From Octopus bimaculoides (Eukaryota), in assembly GCF_001194135.2 (NCBI RefSeq), contig NC_068995.1:54132846-54196845 (forward strand): DNA of 64,000 nucleotides, in the 5' to 3' direction. Under the pieces are notes generated by a model that saw only the letters and a list, made by a program, of their open reading frames with translations, was not told where the DNA came from and searched no databases. The position numbers were made by a program, and so were the translations under genes. Below are positions 27,075 to 42,311 of this stretch, piece after piece; position 1 is the first letter of the stretch; every line of letters begins with the position of its first letter.

Positions 27075-28152
27075 TATTCATTTATGTCAGGTCAATATTT
27101 TTCAAAAAAGAAATTATACATTTTTGTTAGGCGGCTGCAAGAGAGAGTTTCAAAGCCATCCCTCTTCTGTAAATTAAACACCCCAATCTACTTTTGGTTA
27201 ATTTTGGTTTTCTACGGTAATCCTTAAGTGGTCTCACATAAGGAATAAGAAACTTCAAACAATGATTACCTCATATTATTCAATCAATGACTGCCTTATT
27301 CAGCGTTTCTTTCTATTTAATTTTTAAGCAGGAAGATGGTATTTAAGAAAACAAAAACCTGCAATTTATACCTTGTCTTGCACGCTTAGCGATCTAACCT
27401 CATTGTATTATTCCATTGTGAAAACATGTGAGATATTAGTTAATTGTTATCATCGGTGTTTTTCCAGATGATGTTGTTCTTAAAACCTTGTAGAGTAATC
27501 AGAATTATTGGTATTTTACATTTAGGTACTATATAGAAGATACATATTTTAACATGCATCATATATTATAGAAAACCAACTTATCCTTAAACATTCGCAA
27601 ATGATAATCGCCTGGGAGAAGGCACGTCCAATTATCCATAAGTCACAAATAATCTAGTTATTACATAAGCGTCCAAGAGATGAGTTGTAGGACTCATTCT
27701 AAGTGGTGGCAATGAAATAATAAACGTCCCTTTGAACAAAAGCCGGCAACATCTTTCTGGAATATATATATACGAAGACACAAAGCTGATATTCAACTAA
27801 AATTATCATCAGCTCAGTAACATACGGCGAATAAAAACGTGGGTTAATTTAGACTGTTTATGCAAACAATATTTAGGCTATTAAATGATTTCGGCAAAAG
27901 CGTACCAGTTTTTGCATTTAAGCGTCTCTCCACTAGCAATGACTAATTATCCACATCTTCGCACGTGCATATGCTTAATAATAATGCATTCTTTACTGAG
28001 AGGGCAGAGCCCGTTGGACAGAGAAAGATATAATAATCTTCACGAGGCATTTCTAAGGAACATGCTCCGATACATATCTTCGAATATTACACAAAAATAC
28101 ATAGTTTTCCAATGCTGAAGATAAACAGCCTAAACATTTGAATATGGAAATT

Positions 28153-28196
<44 letters not shown>

Positions 28197-29267
28197 NNNN
28201 NNNNNNNNNNNNNNNNNNNNNNNNNNNNNNNNNNNNNNNNNNNNNNNNNNNNNNNNNNNNNNNNNNNNNNNNNNNNNNNNNNNNNNNNNNNNNNNNNNNN
28301 NNNNNNNNNNNNNNNNNNNNNTATTATATAGATAAGTAGATCTAATTGATATCGTATATTTGCTGTCCAAAATGAAATATAAAGGATATTTATTAAGATG
28401 AATATTGATATTCCCCCTGAAGTCTGATATTCTTATGCAAGAAATTGTTATGAACAGGAAATATTATATATGCAGTTTTCCCGGAAATATAATTTTTCGC
28501 TTTAGAGCGCGCTGAGCCAGAGAAAGAAAACAGCACATCATTTAAAATCAGATCAAGTTTATTGTGGTTTTGGTTTATTTTGGTTTTCGGCTGAAGACCT
28601 GCTTGATCGTATTATTTTTTCAACCATCATGAATTTTAACTTTTTTTTGTTTTCAATGGACAAATTCGACTGAATATTTTTTTTAAAAAATTGTTTTACG
28701 TTGCTTTCCATTATTGCCTTTCTTATTATATAGAGTCAAATTTCATCACATTTTCTTTTTACTGTGTTTGTTCAGCTTTGAGCAAAATAGTTGGATTTAT
28801 ATACGGAGAGTAAATAATAGTACACTTCAAGACAAACAAGCAAACTTTCAAAGTTTACAGCGAAAGTTTATTGATATCTCACATTCCCGCATATGTGGTG
28901 AATTAGAACGTACATATAACTGCTTCTCTTTTTTTAAATATGCATTACTTTAATACATGTAATGATACAGATTGTATAATATAATGTTTTGCTTAGTAAC
29001 GCATGAGTAGACGTTGTGATTTGGCATGATGTTCTATTGTATTCTGTTGATAGTTTGTAGCTGGTGACATTGTCAGAGATTAATGGACATAGAAAAAAGG
29101 TTCATAATTACAAGCACACACGCACATACACAAACACACACACACTCACATATATACATATATATACTCACGCTATACGAACATATATATATATATGAGC
29201 GTGTGTGGGTGTAAATGTAGTTATATGTGTGTATGTATATATGTACATATACATGCATGAGTGACTG

Positions 29268-29334
<67 letters not shown>

Positions 29335-29637
29335 NNNNNNNNNNNNNNNNNNNNNNNNNNNNNNNNNNNNNNNNNNNNNNNNNNNNNNNNNNNNNNNNNN
29401 NNNNNNNNNNNNNNNNNNNNNNNNNNNNNNNNNNNNNNNNNNNNNNNNNNNNNNNNNNNNNNNNNNNNNNNNNNNNNNNNNNNNNNNNNNNNNNNNNNNN
29501 NNNNNNNNNNNNNNNNNNNNNNNNNNNNNNNNNNNNNNNNNNNNNNNNNNNNNNNNNNNNNNNNNNNNNNNNNNNNNNNNNNNNNNNNNNNNNNNNNNNN
29601 NNNNNNNNNNNNNNNNNNNNNNNNNNNNNNNNNNNNN

Positions 29638-29690
<53 letters not shown>

Positions 29691-30459
29691 AACAAACACA
29701 CTTATAGAATAGGATGCAGAAATTAGCACTGGATATACATCTCTAACATGTATATTAATGTGAGACTTTTATCAAATATATGAAAGCAAGATAAAGCAAT
29801 AAGTATCATTTTATTTCATAAAATTAATATACCAGCTGACTACGTTAATACAAATGAAAAACATAAAGAGCGCCATCTTGAATTCGACAGCGTTTTCCCC
29901 CAGTAAATGATTGACAATATTTTTCGAATTCTGTTTGATTTAAATGGAATTGAAATGACTCCATTGAGATTTAGTAGAATATTTTCAATGTATATGTGGA
30001 TGAGTCAGCCCTTTTGATGAAGTGTCACTTTATTTTCCTTCGTATTTTAAAGTTTTCTTCCATATACAAGAACTAAGGAACAAGTGTATATGAAACAACT
30101 TTCAATCGGACGTAAACAGACATATTCATACACATACAGCGACACAAATGTATAAAAGAGTACTTGCAGAGATATATGTAGGTATAACTATATGTGTACA
30201 TATAAGTATATGTACACACACGCACACATATATACACATACACGCATATATACATACACACATATATACATACCTACATGATGCACACAAATATAGATAA
30301 ACGAACATATATCAATGTAAACGTGAATACTCATTAGAGTAATAGTCATACATACATACATACATCCTTAAATATATAGGCAAATATATACATGCACATA
30401 TATATAACATACATATACATAAATGTATGTACATATAAAAGTGTATATATTTATATAAC

Positions 30460-30543
<84 letters not shown>

Positions 30544-31632
30544 NNNNNNNNNNNNNNNNNNNNNNNNNNNNNNNNNNNNNNNNNNNNNNNNNNNNNNNNN
30601 NNNNNNNNNNNNNNNNNNNNNNNNNNNNNNNNNNNNNNNNNNNNNNNNNNNNNNNNNNNNNNNNNNNNNNNNNNNNNNNNNNNNNNNNNNNNNNNNNNNN
30701 NNNNNNNNNNNNNNNNNNNNNNNNNNNNNNNNNNNNNNNNNNNNNNNNNNNNNNNNNNNNNNNNNNNNNNNNNNNNNNNNNNNNNNNNNNNNNNNNNNNN
30801 NNNNNNNNNNNNNNNNNNNNNNNNNNNNNNNNNNNNNNNNNNNNNNNNNNNNNNNNNNNNNNNNNNNNNNNNNNNNNNNNNNNNNNNNNNNNNNNNNNNN
30901 NNNNNNNNNNNNNNNNNNNNNNNNNNNNNNNNNNNNNNNNNNNNNNNNNNNNNNNNNNNNNNNNNNNNNNNNNNNNNNNNNNNNNNNNNNNNNNNNNNNN
31001 NNNNNNNNNNNNNNNNNNNNNNNNNNNNNNNNNNNNNNNNNNNNNNNNNNNNNNNNNNNNNNNNNNNNNNNNNNNNNNNNNNNNNNNNNNNNNNNNNNNN
31101 NNNNNNNNNNNNNNNNNNNNNNNNNNNNNNNNNNNNNNNNNNNNNNNNNNNNNNNNNNNNNNNNNNNNNNNNNNNNNNNNNNNNNNNNNNNNNNNNNNNN
31201 NNNNNNNNNNNNNNNNNNNNNNNNNNNNNNNNNNNNNNNNNNNNNNNNNNNNNNNNNNNNNNNNNNNNNNNNNNNNNNNNNNNNNNNNNNNNNNNNNNNN
31301 NNNNNNNNNNNNNNNNNNNNNNNNNNNNNNNNNNNNNNNNNNNNNNNNNNNNNNNNNNNNNNNNNNNNNNNNNNNNNNNNNNNNNNNNNNNNNNNNNNNN
31401 NNNNNNNNNNNNNNNNNNNNNNNNNNNNNNNNNNNNNNNNNNNNNNNNNNNNNNNNNNNNNNNNNNNNNNNNNNNNNNNNNNNNNNNNNNNNNNNNNNTA
31501 TATATATATGTTATACTTATTTAAGCATACACGCATATTTACATATGCATGCCAACATATACATATATATATATATAAAAGCATATATATTTGTATATAA
31601 GTATGTATACATATATTTATATATATCTATGC

Positions 31633-31672
<40 letters not shown>

Positions 31673-31974
31673 ACACACACACACACACACACACAGATGT
31701 ATGTATGTATACAGTTGGTGTATTTCAATGAATTCAAGGACACCATAGAAGAAAAGATTTTTCTTTCGCATCCTTAGAATATGCAATTGCGTGGATTCAG
31801 GAGTCTATGTTTGAATTTCCTTCAAGTCGACTTGTATTTATCTGTCTGTTACACTACTTGTAACTTTGAATCTGTTATTCGAATTCCTGTCTGTATGCAT
31901 ACATAGTCACACATATACACATACATATATATGCATTATATATACACATACATATATATGCATTATATATATAC

Positions 31975-32011
<37 letters not shown>

Positions 32012-32161
32012 ACTATATACACACGTATATATATGTGTGTGTATATATATGTATTTCGGTGTGCATACATCTGTGTATGTGATTGATTTATATATATACC
32101 CCCATGAAAAATATATAATCATATAAATGTAGATATATGTGTGTTTACATATGCATATATC

Positions 32162-32195
<34 letters not shown>

Positions 32196-32442
32196 NNNNN
32201 NNNNNGAAAGAGATATACACCCGCAGGCATCTCGAAATATATATCTATATTTCAGAACGAATCATGTATGTCATATTTGCTGATGTATACGTGACCATTT
32301 TATTTCACATGTGTTAGCCTCTTCTTTCTAGTTGCAAGGATTAAAGTTTTGTATGTTATTGACTATGCTATATATGTGTGTATGTGCGTCAGTTGTGTAT
32401 GAATGTATGTATGTATGTATGTATATATATCCATCCATATGC

Positions 32443-32498
<56 letters not shown>

Positions 32499-35400
32499 NN
32501 NNNNNNNNNNNNNNNNNNNNNNNNNNNNNNNNNNNNNNNNNNNNNNNNNNNNNNNNNNNNNNNNNNNNNNNNNNNNNNNNNNNNNNNNNNNNNNNNNNNN
32601 NNNNNNNNNNNNNNNNNNNNNNNNNNNNNNNNNNNNNNNNNNNNNNNNNNNNNNNNNNNNNNNNNNNNNNNNNNNNNNNNNNNNNNNNNNNNNNNNNNNN
32701 NNNNNNNNNNNNNNNNNNNNNNNNNNNNNNNNNNNNNNNNNNNNNNNNNNNNNNNNNNNNNNNNNNNNNNNNNNNNNNNNNNNNNNNNNNNNNNNNNNNN
32801 NNNNNNNNNNNNNNNNNNNNNNNNNNNNNNNNNNNNNNNNNNNNNNNNNNNNNNNNNNNNNNNNNNNNNNNNNNNNNNNNNNNNNNNNNNNNNNNNNNNN
32901 NNNNNNNNNNNNNNNNNNNNNNNNNNNNNNNNNNNNNNNNNNNNNNNNNNNNNNNNNNNNNNNNNNNNNNNNNNNNNNNNNNNNNNNNNNNNNNNNNNNN
33001 NNNNNNNNNNNNNNNNNNNNNNNNNNNNNNNNNNNNNNNNNNNNNNNNNNNNNNNNNNNNNNNNNNNNNNNNNNNNNNNNNNNNNNNNNNNNNNNNNNNN
33101 NNNNNNNNNNNNNNNNNNNNNNNNNNNNNNNNNNNNNNNNNNNNNNNNNNNNNNNNNNNNNNNNNNNNNNNNNNNNNNNNNNNNNNNNNNNNNNNNNNNN
33201 NNNNNNNNNNNNNNNNNNNNNNNNNNNNNNNNNNNNNNNNNNNNNNNNNNNNNNNNNNNNNNNNNNNNNNNNNNNNNNNNNNNNNNNNNNNNNNNNNNNN
33301 NNNNNNNNNNNNNNNNNNNNNNNNNNNNNNNNNNNNNNNNNNNNNNNNNNNNNNNNNNNNNNNNNNNNNNNNNNNNNNNNNNNNNNNNNNNNNNNNNNNN
33401 NNNNNNNNNNNNNTATATATATATATATGTATTTACTCGTACATAGGGAATATTTAAAGCTAAATATACATGAAATACATAGGGGTTAGGCTTATACCTA
33501 TTTATCAAGTTTAATATAATCAGCATACACATTTATGTGTGCATATGTTTATAAATAAATATATCTTCTTTTTTATCATTTAGAAATCCATGCGTTTTCA
33601 TACAAGCATACAAACATACATATCTTATTTTTTATTTTATCTTTATTTTACAATGTCTGTCTCCACTTTTCCCACTGTTAGCGCACTCACTATCGTGTTC
33701 ACGCTATTCATATCAGCCATCGTCACAGTGTTACCATCATGATATATAACCCTTTCCTTTTTAAATAGTTTTCACAATATTTTGAAAGAAATTTTTTTTC
33801 ACTCGTAGTAGTTTCCGAACATGCTGCTTCTGTGTCACAACTCTTACAGAAGCCCTGGTTAGGTATTTTTCGTACCGTTGCTTTTTTCATATATAAATGA
33901 AGTAACTTTTAGTAGAAAACAACCAGTTAAAGTACATGTATTGTTGGGAAGCTTTAGTATATGAACGGTTTCTGCTGGGGAAAGTGAAAATAAAATTCAA
34001 ATAAAACTAATCGTATTTGTAACTTCCAATTTATAAAATAGAACCTGTCCTGGATGCATTTTGTTTTTTGTCATATCAAAGATATAGCATGGAAAAATGT
34101 TTAGGTTCTTATTTTGTTTTCTTTAAGTATGATTGGTAATCCGTTATTTATTGGTAGCACATATACCAATATTCGTAATGTTGTTACTCCATATTTAGTC
34201 CTTCAGAGAACGTTAAACAAATATTAATAGCAATTAATACACAACATATAAGCTCACTGTTCTGTATGTTTTACCGTACACCATACATTAAACATTCAAC
34301 AGTTAATATTTAAGTACGCGTAAAGATATTTGGACAAAGACGCTTTTATCGGAGTATTGCCAATTGGTTTCTTTCTTTCTTTCTTTCCTTTTCGATTTTT
34401 GTTTCTTTTGGTCACTGGATTTTAGATACTTTTGAAAGCCAAACTAAAAAATATTTTCTTTCTTATACTGTTCAGTGTAACGAGTTTAATAGAATTTTAT
34501 TTAAATATTTGATCTGGGTTCGTGTTCAGTCAAGCTCATGCTAACACACAGTGTTAGCTCATAAATATACCGTCGATTTTTTTTTGACTACATATAAAAG
34601 CGAGCTTTTTAACACACACACCCATATGTCAAACGCGCAAACATTTATATTTAAGATACACCTTAACTGATATATTATATCAGATAAGAGATCTGTTGTT
34701 TACTGCTAAATCACACATAAAATGCCTAAGGTTTACAATGCAAACATTTAACCGTTAGAAGTTTTTTCTATCATTTTCTTTTAAACAACATCCTCATATA
34801 TTTATATATGTTTTATTTCACGTTAAGTGGAAAGGCACATCCCAGCATTAAATGAATCATTTCTTTGTATCAGTGTTAACATTTCTTTATTATTTAGCGT
34901 GGTCCTGAATATCCGTTGATATTGAAGATGTGATCTGATGGTTTCGGACATGGACATAATGGGAAGAGTGAGGCCACGATAGAGTAAGAGAATATATTCA
35001 GAGGAATTTAGCAATCCCCATTGTATATTTACATTTGATAACGTCACCTAGTCACGCAGCGTATCGTCATGGCGGCATGGTATTTATTGATGTCTACGAT
35101 GAATTTGGCTCCATCACAACATATACGAGGTGTGTAATCATGTTCTTCTTCGCTAGTTCTTACATTTGATCCTGCCGCATAACATTCATGTCGAAAGAAA
35201 ACTCTTGGCTAAAAGTAGAAAAAAATATATATATATTATAATGTAAAATATACATATATGCGTATATATTTTATTGTTCATTTTACACTTAGATTAAAAC
35301 AAGAGAACTGTTTACAAGAATCCTATGGCCAATATTTTCTTAAAGTAGTTCTTACTCAATAACATTCATTTAGAAAAAAAAAAGAATACAAAAACCTAAA

Positions 35401-38040
35401 ATGAACAAAACAATAATGAAATTTACTTCAGTTTGGATAAGAGAAATTCAATTAGGTGATATTTATTAAGGATAATGAATTGTTGTTATCAACATAGTAA
35501 ATAAACATTTAGAATTGGAAACTGTTTGCCGTATCTCATGAACACCAAAGAATTTTTACGCAGCTTCAAATAGATGAGGATAAATTGCGCTACTTTTCCA
35601 TCACCACTCTTAAAAAAAACATAGTAACAATGATGCATATGCAACATACCTACAACCACATGTGTAATATATAGTAAGAATATCTCACATAAACGTAATT
35701 GAATTTATAGAAGAAATATTAGGAAGGGAATGGTAGAGTAAAACATATAAATGCACACTAAAAAAATAATTTTTGATATATTACGAAGAATGATAAGAGA
35801 GGCAAAAGTAATTAAAATACTTGAGATAAATATGTAAAAAGTGGTGAAATAATACTGTTTGCAAAAAGATTTGCAAGAAGGCGTGTATATCATCGAAACG
35901 TTACACATGTAGTAAATCTCCTAATTACACAGACGTCAGTAAGCCATGAAAAGTTGAGAATAATATATGTACTTCAACGGAGTGTGCTCAGATTTTTTTC
36001 CTGTATATTTTCTCCTTATTCCGTTCTCACCTTGGGGTGAATTATTTTTATGTTAAAATTACATTACGTTCATTTCAACGGACTGATAGCATCCCGGTGT
36101 ACATTGTTAAAGTATTCTGATATCTCCCCAACCTATTTAACATGTCACTGTAAATAAATGTGCAGCGTATTTCAATACGAATTGGTACTCTTTGCATAAA
36201 TAAAAAGGCAGCACCGACTGAAATATTTTCTGCAAATAGAGAAGGTGTAACTGGAATAAAACGAAAGGGATTTGAGTCTTTCAGTTTCTTTCCAAATGCC
36301 GTTACATCAATTTACGAAACTCAAAAGCGCCAATCATTTTAAACATATATGAAGCTAAGTTTTATATTTTCTTAAGTACCAGGAATATATCAATAGTAAA
36401 CTTTCCAATGATATTGTTGGAGAAATAGTTTCCTGATTCAAGCAAATATTGATGAGGCATTGAAACGTCGATGGTTAACTAATCCAAGAAATGTTAATGA
36501 GAAATTAGAAATATGTGTGTAGCAACATTAAGTGAAATTTTCTATTACAGGAAAGGAATATAGATGCAGTATCTGAAAACGATGTCATAAACTTAGATGA
36601 AGGGTCGGCATAATGAGGAGATCAGTAATGAAACACAATGGAGCTATTGAGCCATAAAGTCTGGCTTCAGTTAATATTAGAACGTTATTATACGGTGAGA
36701 TGTCAATCAGAAGGTCATACGTTTATGTCATTTTATGCGCAATCATAGTTTAATTGGTATTTTTATGACATTTGCCAGAGAAACTTATTTGTAAGTATTC
36801 TCTGTGAGCAAGAATTATACTTTGAAAGTATTCAATCATTAACAGTAAGCAGAAGCCTACGTGTGCTGTGCTGCATTCAATTATAACTATATAATATGTA
36901 GTGCATGCATAGTCAAGTTGATAATAACTTCACTTCGAAATTCTTTGATTTCGGTTTCAATGACGATGTTTGGTAACTTAAGCATATTTCTAGTATCATA
37001 GTTTCAGATCGACTCAGATATAATGGAAATAAGGTAGACAAAACTGAAAGCGCATCGAATGTACAACCCCTTAATACAAAAGTTGACCCTCTTAGCAAAG
37101 TGCAATGATACAATTCTAAATGTCGACGACTTTAATAGTCAACTGCCTGTGAAATAATAAGCCACACCTTCCTGTGTTAATGAATCGGTATCTCACGTAA
37201 AACTGATGAAAATAAGTAACAGGCAACCATCAGTTTTCCTAGGAAATATTTATAATATATAAAATGATCATTTGATACGAGGTTAACAATAATTGACAAA
37301 CTTCACCTCGGAACTTTAACATATGCTTCATTTAAGAACATCAACATTTAAATTCAGCTGTACTACTATCATCTAAGTAATTTAAAGACTGTGCAATGTA
37401 ATAATCAACTTTAATTCATTTAAATTACTATGGAGACCCATAAATTATAAGGAAGAGAGTGTCATAGGAAAATGTCATTCTAACTATTTTAAATACCTAG
37501 CTCGTATTTTATAAGAATTATGTTTGATAATTACTGATATTTTAAATGCAATATTGAATTTACTGACCTTATTTCCACTTTAGAGTCTTGTAATAAAAGC
37601 AGATATGAATTCACTGACAAGCTGATCATATTTTAGCAACAATAATTTCTGATTATTTGCTAATTTTCTCATTTATTTAGTTACATTTCGAAATCGCATA
37701 ATTGAAATAACATTTGCAGTCCACTGCCTCAGAAATTTATTTGTACCTGTAGTCATTAGAAATTTCCTGCTGACATTTAACGGACAACTAAATGTATTTT
37801 CCATTATTTTCTCAACTTCTCAATTTCCGTTCTTCACAGAGCAGTAGTTAAAACTACGTAAAAGCAAATTTCAATGGTAAAACGTTCATTGATTTCCCTG
37901 CCACATATATCTGCACATCTTTGTAACAATACTCTGAAATATAAATCCTGATTCCTCGAAGACAACGTTGTGGATAGTAATCATGATATAGGCAGCAGTT
38001 ACAGCAAACATAGGGCTTTAATGACTTCATTAAAAGTCCT

Positions 38041-38220
38041 ATCTCCTATAAGCCCAAGGCTTATCATTTTAGGGGAGGGGTTATATGATTACATTGACCC
38101 CAATGGTCAACTGGTAATTACTTCATTGCTCCCTAATAAATGATGTCAAAATGTAAAACCGGAACGAAGGCTTCTAACCATTTTGTTCCCAGTGCTATGC
38201 TTCTGCCAGTCCGCCGCCTT
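38041..38220 (-). mobile_element. Degenerate type B SINE with internal deletion
   Basis: ggggaggggttatatgattacattgaccccaatggtcaactggta and ttctgccagtccgccgcc (reverse head). Confidence 0.6.
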
Positions 38221-38374
38221 AGTTATAAATATAGCCACATTTGAACCTGGTAAATGCCTGAAATATATCTTATCCATAATGTAAAGATGAAAACATAGAA
38301 TAAACTAAAGTCGAAAGTTATGGTATTTAGGACTTAGGTGGACTTTTATTATATCGCATATTATCGTCTATCTA

Positions 38375-38412
<38 letters not shown>

Positions 38413-40793
38413 TATTTATCTACCTATCTATCTATCTGAAGAGGCAGGATTTGTCTTGTGGAAGTTTCAAAAAACGGTGGGTGAATATAGCAAAGATGGT
38501 GCGTGCGCGCGACGAAACCACTTTGAGCATGATCCTGTAAATCGAAAAAAGAGAAAGAGAGTTCTTTGCTCTCATGTATTTATTCCCTCTCTGCCTGAGG
38601 TTACCGTGGTCTTCTCTGTAGGCTTTTCCTTCCACGGATAAACATAATATTGCTTCTAACATTTTAAAAATTTCTTGTGATACACGATCCCTTTTGACCG
38701 TCTTTTTTATTTCTTTTTTCTCCGACCCTTTTGATTGGAATCTTACTTTTTTCTCTTTTTTCCCCTTTTTCTTTTTCGGAAAGAAAAGCTATACATTTGT
38801 ATTTGCACCCCCCACCCCCTGTGTTCAGCCCTGTGTGGCCAATAAAGAAAGATATCTATCCATTTGTCTGTATGTCTGTCTGTCTGTCTGTCTATCTATC
38901 CATCTATCTATGTTTTTATTTATCTACATATCTGTCTGTCTCTCTGTCTCTCTGTTTATCTATCTCTCTTTATGTTAAACTGTTGGTCTTGTTTAACTGG
39001 ACAATTAAATACTTTGATACTATGAGGTATAGAATATAAGCAATTGTACGAGAAGTGACTGTTCATAAGCAAGGTAGACACCATCAACCAGTAGTAGACA
39101 AATGCAGTTCATGTGGTTCATTTCTTACAGAAAAAAATCTTTTTCGCGGGCAGGCATGTTACCTAATAAGCGGAGGAACGGCGTGACCCATCATCCTTCA
39201 TTTCTTTTCTGACTAATGAGGAGAGCAGGAAATTCTGGTTTTATCATGTTCGTGGCATATTGTTTGCAGCTAGATAGATCCTGCTAAAACTTCGTGGTCT
39301 TGTTCAACTGGACGACGAAATCTGTGTGCCTAGATACGGGCAGTTTCATATAAAATGTAAAGAAACGTCTTTCTTATATCGTTTATCAGATAGAATATTT
39401 TTAAAAAATGACCCTTCGAATCGCAAACATATGCCACACATTTTCTAACCAAAGATTCTATTAAAGTAGACGTACTTATTTGACAAGTATCCATCTGTCA
39501 ACTATGGAAATATAATAGCTAAGTAGTAGTTAATGCATATTCCCCAAAGTATAGCAAGGCATTTAGAATGTTTTACAGATTCCGTTAAACTACCGACGAT
39601 TCACAAATAATATAATACTAAGTCGCAATGGATAATACAGGATACTGCTATTTCAGATTTCTTTTGAAGATGATTTAAAATATTCATGATTCCAAAACAA
39701 TGAATTAGATACAGGTTTTATGAAATCAGAGCTGGTTTCAAATCCAGCCGTCGCTATAAATATGCACGATTTTATTGTCAAAGAAAAATATTCCAAATAT
39801 GTTTGTGATATCTAAAAATCAAATCTGGCATTTCAAAAATCTATCGCGATTTATACGTGAGAATCGAGCTGACATAGTAATGCAAATAATTTCGTACATA
39901 TGTCGCTTAACAAAATCTTAATAAATGAAACAGTCTTTGAAAGTAATTTTATCCTCAGAGAATAAACAAAATTTATAATAACGTTATCTCATTAAAAATA
40001 CTACTTCCGGCAAGAGCAGTAACACCAACAACAAAATCAACTACAATTAGTATGACAACAAAAGTCTGAGGAGATGTTGAAAGAATTCTTTCCGCTTGAA
40101 GTTCACTTTCCCATCTCTCAAGAAAGTAAACAATCAAAAGAAAGAGAAAATAACTAAACATAGAGCTTTGCTAGGGTTCTGATGAATCTCTTGATGGAAA
40201 TTAAAACATCAATAAAGCTGAATAGCTGCAACGATTAAATAAATCATTGTAAAATATAAAGAAAAGACAATAAATATGAGAAAAAAGAACAAAAAAACCC
40301 CCCAGTTATTTTTGTAATTGCGTTCCAACTAACTCTGTCCATCTTTTTCTCTTTCTCTAAGAATGAAACGATTGATAGAATAGAGAAAAGGATTCCTCAT
40401 AAAGATTGTTGACGATAAGTCGACATTCAGGAATAATACAAGGTATTAAAACAGTTTATTGACAAATGTCAGAAATTGTAAAGAACGCAGGATCAATTAT
40501 ATATAACTATGACCTCAAGCAAATAAACCGGCTAAACTTTGCACTGTCAAGAGTGGAAGTAACTGTAGAGGGCATAGATATTTTAGCATTACAATGAAAC
40601 ATGAGAAATAACTACAAGATAAAAATGCGATTCTACAAAACATGGAAGTTAACATTCAAAGAGAAACCATTTGGGCAAGAAAGTGTGCCAGTTACGAATT
40701 ATCTTTTGTTTGTTTTTTCTTTAAGCAAAACAAAGATCTGAAAATAGAATATTATACAAACACGAAATCTATATGAATTCTATAAACAATCAA

Positions 40794-40839
<46 letters not shown>

Positions 40840-41199
40840 NNNNNNNNNNNNNNNNNNNNNNNNNNNNNNNNNNNNNNNNNNNNNNNNNNNNNNNNNNNNN
40901 NNNNNNNNNNNNNNNNNNNNNNNNNNNNNNNNNNNNNNNNNNNNNNNNNNNNNNNNNNNNNNNNNNNNNNNNNNNNNNNNNNNNNNNNNNNNNNNNNNNN
41001 NNNNNNNNNNNNNNNNNNNNNNNNNNNNNNNNNNNNNNNNNNNNNNNNNNNNNNNNNNNNNNNNNNNNNNNNNNNNNNNNNNNNNNNNNNNNNNNNNNNN
41101 NNNNNNNNNNNNNNNNNNNNNNNNNNNNNNNNNNNNNNNNNNNNNNNNNNNNNNNNNNNNNNNNNNNNNNNNNNNNNNNNNNNNNNNNNNNNNNNNNNN

Positions 41200-41240
<41 letters not shown>

Positions 41241-42166
41241 ATATATATATATATATAGTCACGATAGGACAAAAATATATCTTTACTCTTAAAAAATAGA
41301 AAAGAAAATAACGTTATTGATCGCGACTGTGAGAAACAAGGATACATTACATTTATTTTTGCAGTAAAATTCGTGATTGACATAAAGAAATTAAAATACA
41401 AACTGAAACGGACTTCATGATTTTAATGGTGGTGACGATGATGATGGCGATGATGAGAAGGAGCAGTAGGAGGAGCATAGACGGTAAAGAAGTTGGAGGC
41501 GTATACAAAGATTAGAGTAGTCTGTAAGGAAGGCGATAATATTGTTGCAGTGAAGCACACAAATAATAGTGGCGCTATGACGGAGAACAGACTATATTGT
41601 TAAACGTGGCAGGGGAATCGTGGGAAAGATATATAAAAAATGGTAAAGCATGAAGTCAGAGGTTGGAAGGAACAGAAGAATGAAGAGGAGTTAAAGAATG
41701 AAATGTCATCCATCAAATTCGAAGTACAATACATGAATGGGTTTCTATAATTATCGATGATATTTGCTGTAGTCTGTCTTTATACGTTTTCGTTATTTGC
41801 ACTCTGATATGATTCATCAATGTAAAGACAAGGGTAAAAGTTTGTGTTGATATTTTCACTTAGATATTTTTACTAAACATTCTCAAATATGTGGGGTACA
41901 CTACAGGAATTCTTAAAGATAGACATTTTTTTCGTTACATATTCTCTTTCTCTCTAACTTTCTCTCACTGTCTTCTTGCATATATACATATATGGATATA
42001 TGTACAAGTTTGTGTTTATGCGCACGTGTTTGTGTGTGCGTGCGTAAATGTGTGTGTGTGTGTAGAAATGTCATTACGTTCGTGTGAACTGCATCTATCA
42101 AAATATTTTCGCTTGTTCTTCATTAAGTGTTCATGTGCATATGTGCTTTATATTGTGTGTATATAT

Positions 42167-42311
42167 AGGCGCAGGAGTGGCTGTGTGGTAAGTACGTTGT
42201 GGGTTCAAATTCCGCCGAGTTCGACTTTGCCTTCCAACCTTTCAGGGATCGATCTAATCGACTGGCCACCTCCCTCAAAATTTCGGGCCATGTGGCTAGA
42301 GTAGAAAAGAA
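42167..42311 (+). mobile_element. Chimeric SINE: type A head joined to type B body and tail
   Basis: aggcgcaggagtggctgtgtggtaagta | cgttgtgggttcaaattccgccgagttcgactttgccttcc...gatctaatcgactggcc...gctagagtagaaaaga. Confidence 0.8.

Noticed and set aside
34152-34180. U6 snRNA-like stretch ggtagcacatataccaatattcg
   Set aside because: Only about 25 nt with several mismatches and no flanking U6 sequence; compatible with chance.
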